Source: Candidatus Kuenenia stuttgartensis
GTDB taxonomy: Bacteria; Planctomycetota; Brocadiia; Brocadiales; Brocadiaceae
Length of the DNA: 32,000 bases
Reading direction: 5' to 3'
Assembly (NCBI RefSeq): GCF_900232105.1
Contig: NZ_LT934425.1
Coordinates: 210,001 to 242,000 of the forward strand
Under the pieces are notes generated by a model that saw nothing but the letters and a program-made list of their open reading frames with translations, had not been told where the DNA came from and made no database searches. Positions 28,161 through 32,000 of the stretch are shown piece by piece; the first letter of the stretch is position 1; the number at the start of each line of letters is the position of its first letter. The position numbers and the translations under genes were made by a program.

Positions 28161-28315
28161 AGCCGTGTATCGTTTACGCTGAATAGTTACCATTAATAAT
28201 AATAAAAAGAAAATAATTTTACACGTAAAAACTGAATTTTATCTTACATTAAATTAGATTAGATTAGATTAACGTCGCTATGTCCGAAAGATGGACATTG
28301 CGTTGAAACAAAAAA

Positions 28316-28349
28316 AGCCACACAACGATTATTACTTTTCATTGTGTGG
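28316..28349 (-). terminator. Candidate rho-independent terminator (minus strand)
   Basis: Minus strand GCCACACAA-N16-TTGTGTGGC hairpin immediately followed by TTTTTTTG. Confidence 0.6.
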
Positions 28350-28500
28350 CCTATCCTTTGACAGGCAACATAAAACATTGCCCCTCTCGTTTCTGCCCCC
28401 AACCTTTGCCATTAGGTATGCTATATAAAAAATCTATGAAGTCAAACTAAAAAATAACACAAAAACGCAACTATTCAGCATAAACATTACACAACTCCCG

Positions 28501-28530
28501 GCGTGTTCAGGTTTGCAAACCTGAACACGC
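28501..28530. repeat. Perfect 30-bp palindrome
   Basis: gcgtgttcaggtttgcaaacctgaacacgc is its own reverse complement over 30 bp. Confidence 0.92.
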
Positions 28531-28686
28531 TAAGGAAATATCATTAGTCACATTGGTCATTGGTAAATTTGTAGTGAATTTTTTAATCTGTGCAATCGTT
28601 CGACTGAGCTCACGACGAAGTCTGTGTAATCTGTGGTTCCCCTTTTTGTAAGTTTTTCTTTGTGTCATTTATGTTCTGTATCCTTT

Positions 28687-28840
28687 GTACTACTATCCAT
28701 CAACTTCTTGTTTCTAATACTCGTTTTTCAGAATGCATAACCGTAAGGCATTAATTAGATGAGGCTTCCGTAAAGTTTGGAGCATTTGTTTTTTGTCGTT
28801 CGAATTTGTTTCGGATTTTGATATTAGAATTTCAAATTTG
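28687..28840. repeat. About 160-bp interspersed repeat, copy B
   Basis: Near-identical in long blocks to 9853-10018. Confidence 0.9.
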
Positions 28841-28920
28841 TCAAAAAAACAAACGATAGTATTCGTTATTCAGTACCAAGTAACTTTTTTAGTTGCGGCT
28901 ATAGTGCACTAGCCCCAGTT

Positions 28921-30828
28921 TATAAATTAGGTTGGGTTTTTAAAACGGATGTTCACCCCTGCCAAAACGCATAAGTGCTTAATACATAGTTTGTTAAGGC
29001 TGTATTTTTAATAAATATGTAGTCACTAATATATTGTTATTATACGACAATATACTTGACGGATAATGGTTGTTATCTGTACAATGGTGGACATGCATAT
29101 TGTAGAGAACAAGTCAAAATCCGGTAAAAAAATCTATCGATCTACCCTTCTGCGGGAATCGTACCGTGAGGATGGGAAGGTCAAGAAACGCACCATTGCG
29201 AATCTGTCGAATTGCACTCCCCTGGAGATTGAAGCGATAAGACTTGCACTCGCACATAAAGACGATCTCTGTGCATTGGGCGCATTGTCAGAATCGGTGA
29301 AACTCCATGAGGGTTTGTCTGTGGGAGCAGCGTGGAGCGTGTACCAAGTGGCAAAGGAATTAGGGATAGAAGAGGCATTGGGAAAGGACTTTGAAGGAAA
29401 GCTGGCGCTTTGGCAAGTAATGGCAAGGGTAATAGGCCGGGGGTCAAGACTGTCTGCAGTAAGGCTGGCGCAGATACATGCTGCGGGTGACGTCCTGGAT
29501 ATGAAGCGTGGGTTTGACGAGAACAATCTGTACGATAATTTGTCATGGTTGTCAGAGAATCAGGCAAAGATAGAGCGAAAGCTGTTTGAGTTAAGACGAG
29601 GAGGCAATAAGCCGAAGTTGTTTTTGTATGACGTGACGAGCAGTTATTTAGAGGGGAAGTCGAATCATTTTGGTGAGTACGGGTATAATCGTGACGGCAA
29701 AAAGAGGAAAAAACAGATAGTGATCGGTATGCTTTGTGATGAATCCGGGGAGCCGGTATCAACAGAAGTATTTAGGGGCAACACCCAGGATCCGAAGACC
29801 TTTGAATCTCAGGTAAAGAAGGTATTAGAGCGGTTTGGATGCAAAGATGTAACGATTGTAGGAGATCGTGGGATGATCAAGACGGTGCAAATCGAAAGTT
29901 TACCGGAAGGGTTTCATTACATAACGGCGATAACTAAGCCGCAGATAGAGTCGTTGATAAATAAAGGGATACTGCAATTAGGATTGTTCGAAGAAAAGCT
30001 CTGCGAGATAAAGGATGATGAGGTTCGATATATTCTGAGGCGCAATCCGGTAAGGGCGGAAGAGATGTCAAAGACCCGTGTATCAAAATTACAGAGTATA
30101 GAGAAATACATCGTGAAGAAGAACAGTTATCTGAAGGAACATCCTAAGTCGTCAGTATCGAAGGCACTGGAAACAACAAGGGAAAGGCTAACGAGATTGA
30201 AACTTGATGGGTGGGTGCAGATAAAAGAAGAGGATAGGACGCTAAAGATAGAGAGAGATGAGGAAGCATTAAAGGAGGCATCATACCTTGATGGTTGTTA
30301 CGCAATCAAGACTGATCTTGAGGAGAACGAGGCGGATACCAATCTGGTACATGAACGATACAAGGATTTAACGGAAGTGGAGAAGGCGTTTCGGGACTGT
30401 AAGACGGTGAATTTGGAGGTTCGTCCGGTGTATGTAAGAAAGGAGGATAGTACACGGGGACATGTGTTTGTGGTAATGCTTGCGTACATGATAATTCGAA
30501 GGCTGCGCAGAGCGTGGAAGAATTTTGACTTGACGGTAGAGGAAGGTCTCGCACAATTGACGACCATTTGTTCGATGGAAGTAACAATCAAAGGCCAAAA
30601 AGCTAGTTGCCAGAAGATCCCGCGTCCGCGGCAACAATCACATGAATTATTAGAGGCATTACAGATAAAGTTGCCAGAAGTATTGCCAAGCCGGAACATA
30701 CGGGTAGTCACTAGAAAAAAGCTTGCTGTTCGGCGTAAAAGTCAATAAATATAAGGCTTTTACGGCACTTTTGTTTTTTGACTTGGGGTGAACATCCGTT
30801 AAAAGACAAAAACCCAACCTAATTTATA
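28921..30828 (+). mobile_element. IS1634-like (IS4 superfamily) insertion sequence, apparently intact
   Basis: 21-bp perfect TIRs TATAAATTAGGTTGGGTTTTT (28921-28941) / AAAAACCCAACCTAATTTATA (30808-30828), plus a shared subterminal ACGGATGTTCACCCC block; encloses a full transposase. Confidence 0.88.
29066..30748 (+). CDS. Transposase, IS1634/IS4-like family
   Basis: 560 aa: SVGAAWSVYQVAKELGI, LFLYDVTSSYLEGKSNHFGEYGYNRDGKKRKKQIVIGML, VTIVGDRGMI, DGCYAIKTDL, ERYKDLTEVEKAFRDCK, RGHVFVVMLAYMI. The first codons are uncertain (ATGs at 29066 and at about 29087). Confidence 0.9.
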   Translation: MVVICTMVDMHIVENKSKSGKKIYRSTLLRESYREDGKVKKRTIANLSNCTPLEIEAIRLALAHKDDLCALGALSESVKLHEGLSVGAAWSVYQVAKELGIEEALGKDFEGKLALWQVMARVIGRGSRLSAVRLAQIHAAGDVLDMKRGFDENNLYDNLSWLSENQAKIERKLFELRRGGNKPKLFLYDVTSSYLEGKSNHFGEYGYNRDGKKRKKQIVIGMLCDESGEPVSTEVFRGNTQDPKTFESQVKKVLERFGCKDVTIVGDRGMIKTVQIESLPEGFHYITAITKPQIESLINKGILQLGLFEEKLCEIKDDEVRYILRRNPVRAEEMSKTRVSKLQSIEKYIVKKNSYLKEHPKSSVSKALETTRERLTRLKLDGWVQIKEEDRTLKIERDEEALKEASYLDGCYAIKTDLEENEADTNLVHERYKDLTEVEKAFRDCKTVNLEVRPVYVRKEDSTRGHVFVVMLAYMIIRRLRRAWKNFDLTVEEGLAQLTTICSMEVTIKGQKASCQKIPRPRQQSHELLEALQIKLPEVLPSRNIRVVTRKKLAVRRKSQ

Positions 30829-30839
30829 TTATTCCATTA

Positions 30840-30960
30840 TAGCCAAACAAATCAAGTTTTGGAAATTCAGGATAACGCAGCATGTAATACACACCCCGTC
30901 TGCTCCGCTACCACCCCTCTTTTTATAGGAGAAAGCCGGAAGTCCCCTCTAAAAAGCTAA
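30840..30960. repeat. Partial copy of the IS630-derived MITE
   Basis: tatagccaaacaaatcaagttttggaaa...acacacccc...cctctttttatagg...gaagtcccctct parallels the MITE at 13719-13905 (tatagtcaaacaaataaggttttcgaaa...acacacccccggcccctctttttagg...gaagtcccctc). Confidence 0.65.
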
Positions 30961-31015
30961 TCTTTACCCACAAATTTCAAGAGCACCGTAGTTGTACGGC
31001 CAATTGAGCTGAAGG

Positions 31016-31987
31016 CTAAGTGGTGTAAAGTTCGTAAGCAACTTCAATATCAGCCAAACGTGACATGCCTCGCCAAAGTACTTCACTTCCGGGATGGCCA
31101 TCACCACGGCGACCCAGATGACCGCCAAGTTTACCTAAAAGCCGCACGGCATCATTGAGGCTTGGAGGTAAATCAGGAGGCTCCTTGACCTTGTTCGCAA
31201 AAGTTGTCAATGCTTTCCATTCAGAATCGCTGAAGTAGACAGTACAAGGGACATCAGGTGTTTCTTGTCCTAAAGTAGTCAGGTAATGGATACGCCAAGC
31301 TATAATCATATCAATGGCCAAAGCGTTGCACAGACGACGGGCACTCTCCAACTGCCGGGACTCGACACGACAACCGCTCTTGATAATACGATGATAACAC
31401 TCAATACCCCATCGGCGAGCATACCATTCCAAACGTTCGTAAGCATCTTTTTCATGCTTAACCGCAACTGTAGTTAACAGCATCCATTCTAACCCATCAA
31501 TTCCGATAGGCGGATTGACTTCCTGCGCCAGCACCGCCCACACCCTGACCGCAGGCATATTCTTTTTTAGCATAGGTGGGCGTAGCGTAACAGGCATCGT
31601 TCGTACCATAAGTATTGCCTGACGTGCGGAGCGTTTCTCACTCGGAGGTATCAATATTTCGCGGGTACCTATAACCGGTTGCTGTTCCAGTTTAGTCCAC
31701 AAAAACTCGCATGATTCTTTATCATCAACAACCGTTCTATTGCGCGAACGTTCTGCACGGATCAGCAACTGAGCGCCATCAGGCGTATTATACTGCTCAG
31801 CGAATACCTCGTGAATATCGGCCTCACGATCTGCCACAACCACCAGCAAAGATTTGTTTCGACAGCGTTTCTGTACTTGCGATACTGCATGGTAACTCTC
31901 CACCCATTTCCAGCTTTCCTTCTCTTCGATAGGCTTCTTGTGTCGTTCATGTTTGCTGCCTATTCCGTCCCGCGCCCAGCATTGCAC
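31016..31987 (-). CDS. IS4-family (Tn5/IS50-like) transposase, 5' end runs off the window
   Basis: VQKRCRNKSLLVVVADREADIHEVF...EWMLLTTVAVKHEKDAYERLEWYARRWGIECYHRIIKSGCRVESRQLESARRL is the YREK-type DDE region. Confidence 0.88.
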   Translation of the reverse strand: MQCWARDGIGSKHERHKKPIEEKESWKWVESYHAVSQVQKRCRNKSLLVVVADREADIHEVFAEQYNTPDGAQLLIRAERSRNRTVVDDKESCEFLWTKLEQQPVIGTREILIPPSEKRSARQAILMVRTMPVTLRPPMLKKNMPAVRVWAVLAQEVNPPIGIDGLEWMLLTTVAVKHEKDAYERLEWYARRWGIECYHRIIKSGCRVESRQLESARRLCNALAIDMIIAWRIHYLTTLGQETPDVPCTVYFSDSEWKALTTFANKVKEPPDLPPSLNDAVRLLGKLGGHLGRRGDGHPGSEVLWRGMSRLADIEVAYELYTT

Positions 31988-32000
31988 ATTCAGAAGTCCC

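Noticed and set aside
28250-28275. Short tandem 'ttaga' repeats (aaattagattagattagattaac)
   Set aside because: Only a few units of low-complexity AT-rich sequence; too short to call a repeat array.
1-32000. CRISPR array, retron, diversity-generating retroelement or toxin-antitoxin/defence island
   Set aside because: No regularly spaced direct repeats, no reverse transcriptase motifs and no recognisable defence proteins were seen in any ORF.

Overview
The window looks like part of a repeat- and IS-rich chromosome. Inferred host: an anammox-type planctomycete, at low-moderate confidence.

It contains metabolic and housekeeping genes: a glycogen-debranching-type amylo-alpha-1,6-glucosidase, bacterioferritin, KDO-8-phosphate synthase (kdsA), a hydrogenase-maturation-type protease, a pyruvate:ferredoxin/flavodoxin oxidoreductase (nifJ), a SagB-type nitroreductase and tRNA-Thr(CGU).

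The most interesting locus is 14929-19358 on the minus strand. An EgtD-type histidine methyltransferase gene is followed 20 bp later by one intact 1135-aa ORF. That ORF fuses a molybdopterin (DMSO-reductase/acetylene-hydratase-like) domain to a complete cysteine desulfurase. This is the architecture expected of the oxygen-independent, metallopterin-dependent ergothioneine synthase route.

The second theme is nested mobile DNA that can be resolved to the base:
- An IS630-type transposase gene is split by a 187-bp TA-flanked MITE and by a 1885-bp ISNCY-like element. Removing both restores the reading frame.
- An IS1182-like element (25962-27993) sits in the centre of a short genomic palindrome. 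It is itself split by a 150-bp MITE carrying the same terminal repeats and also making a 3-bp target duplication.

Several other short interspersed repeat families, one of which splits a GIY-YIG gene, and several decayed IS elements are also present.
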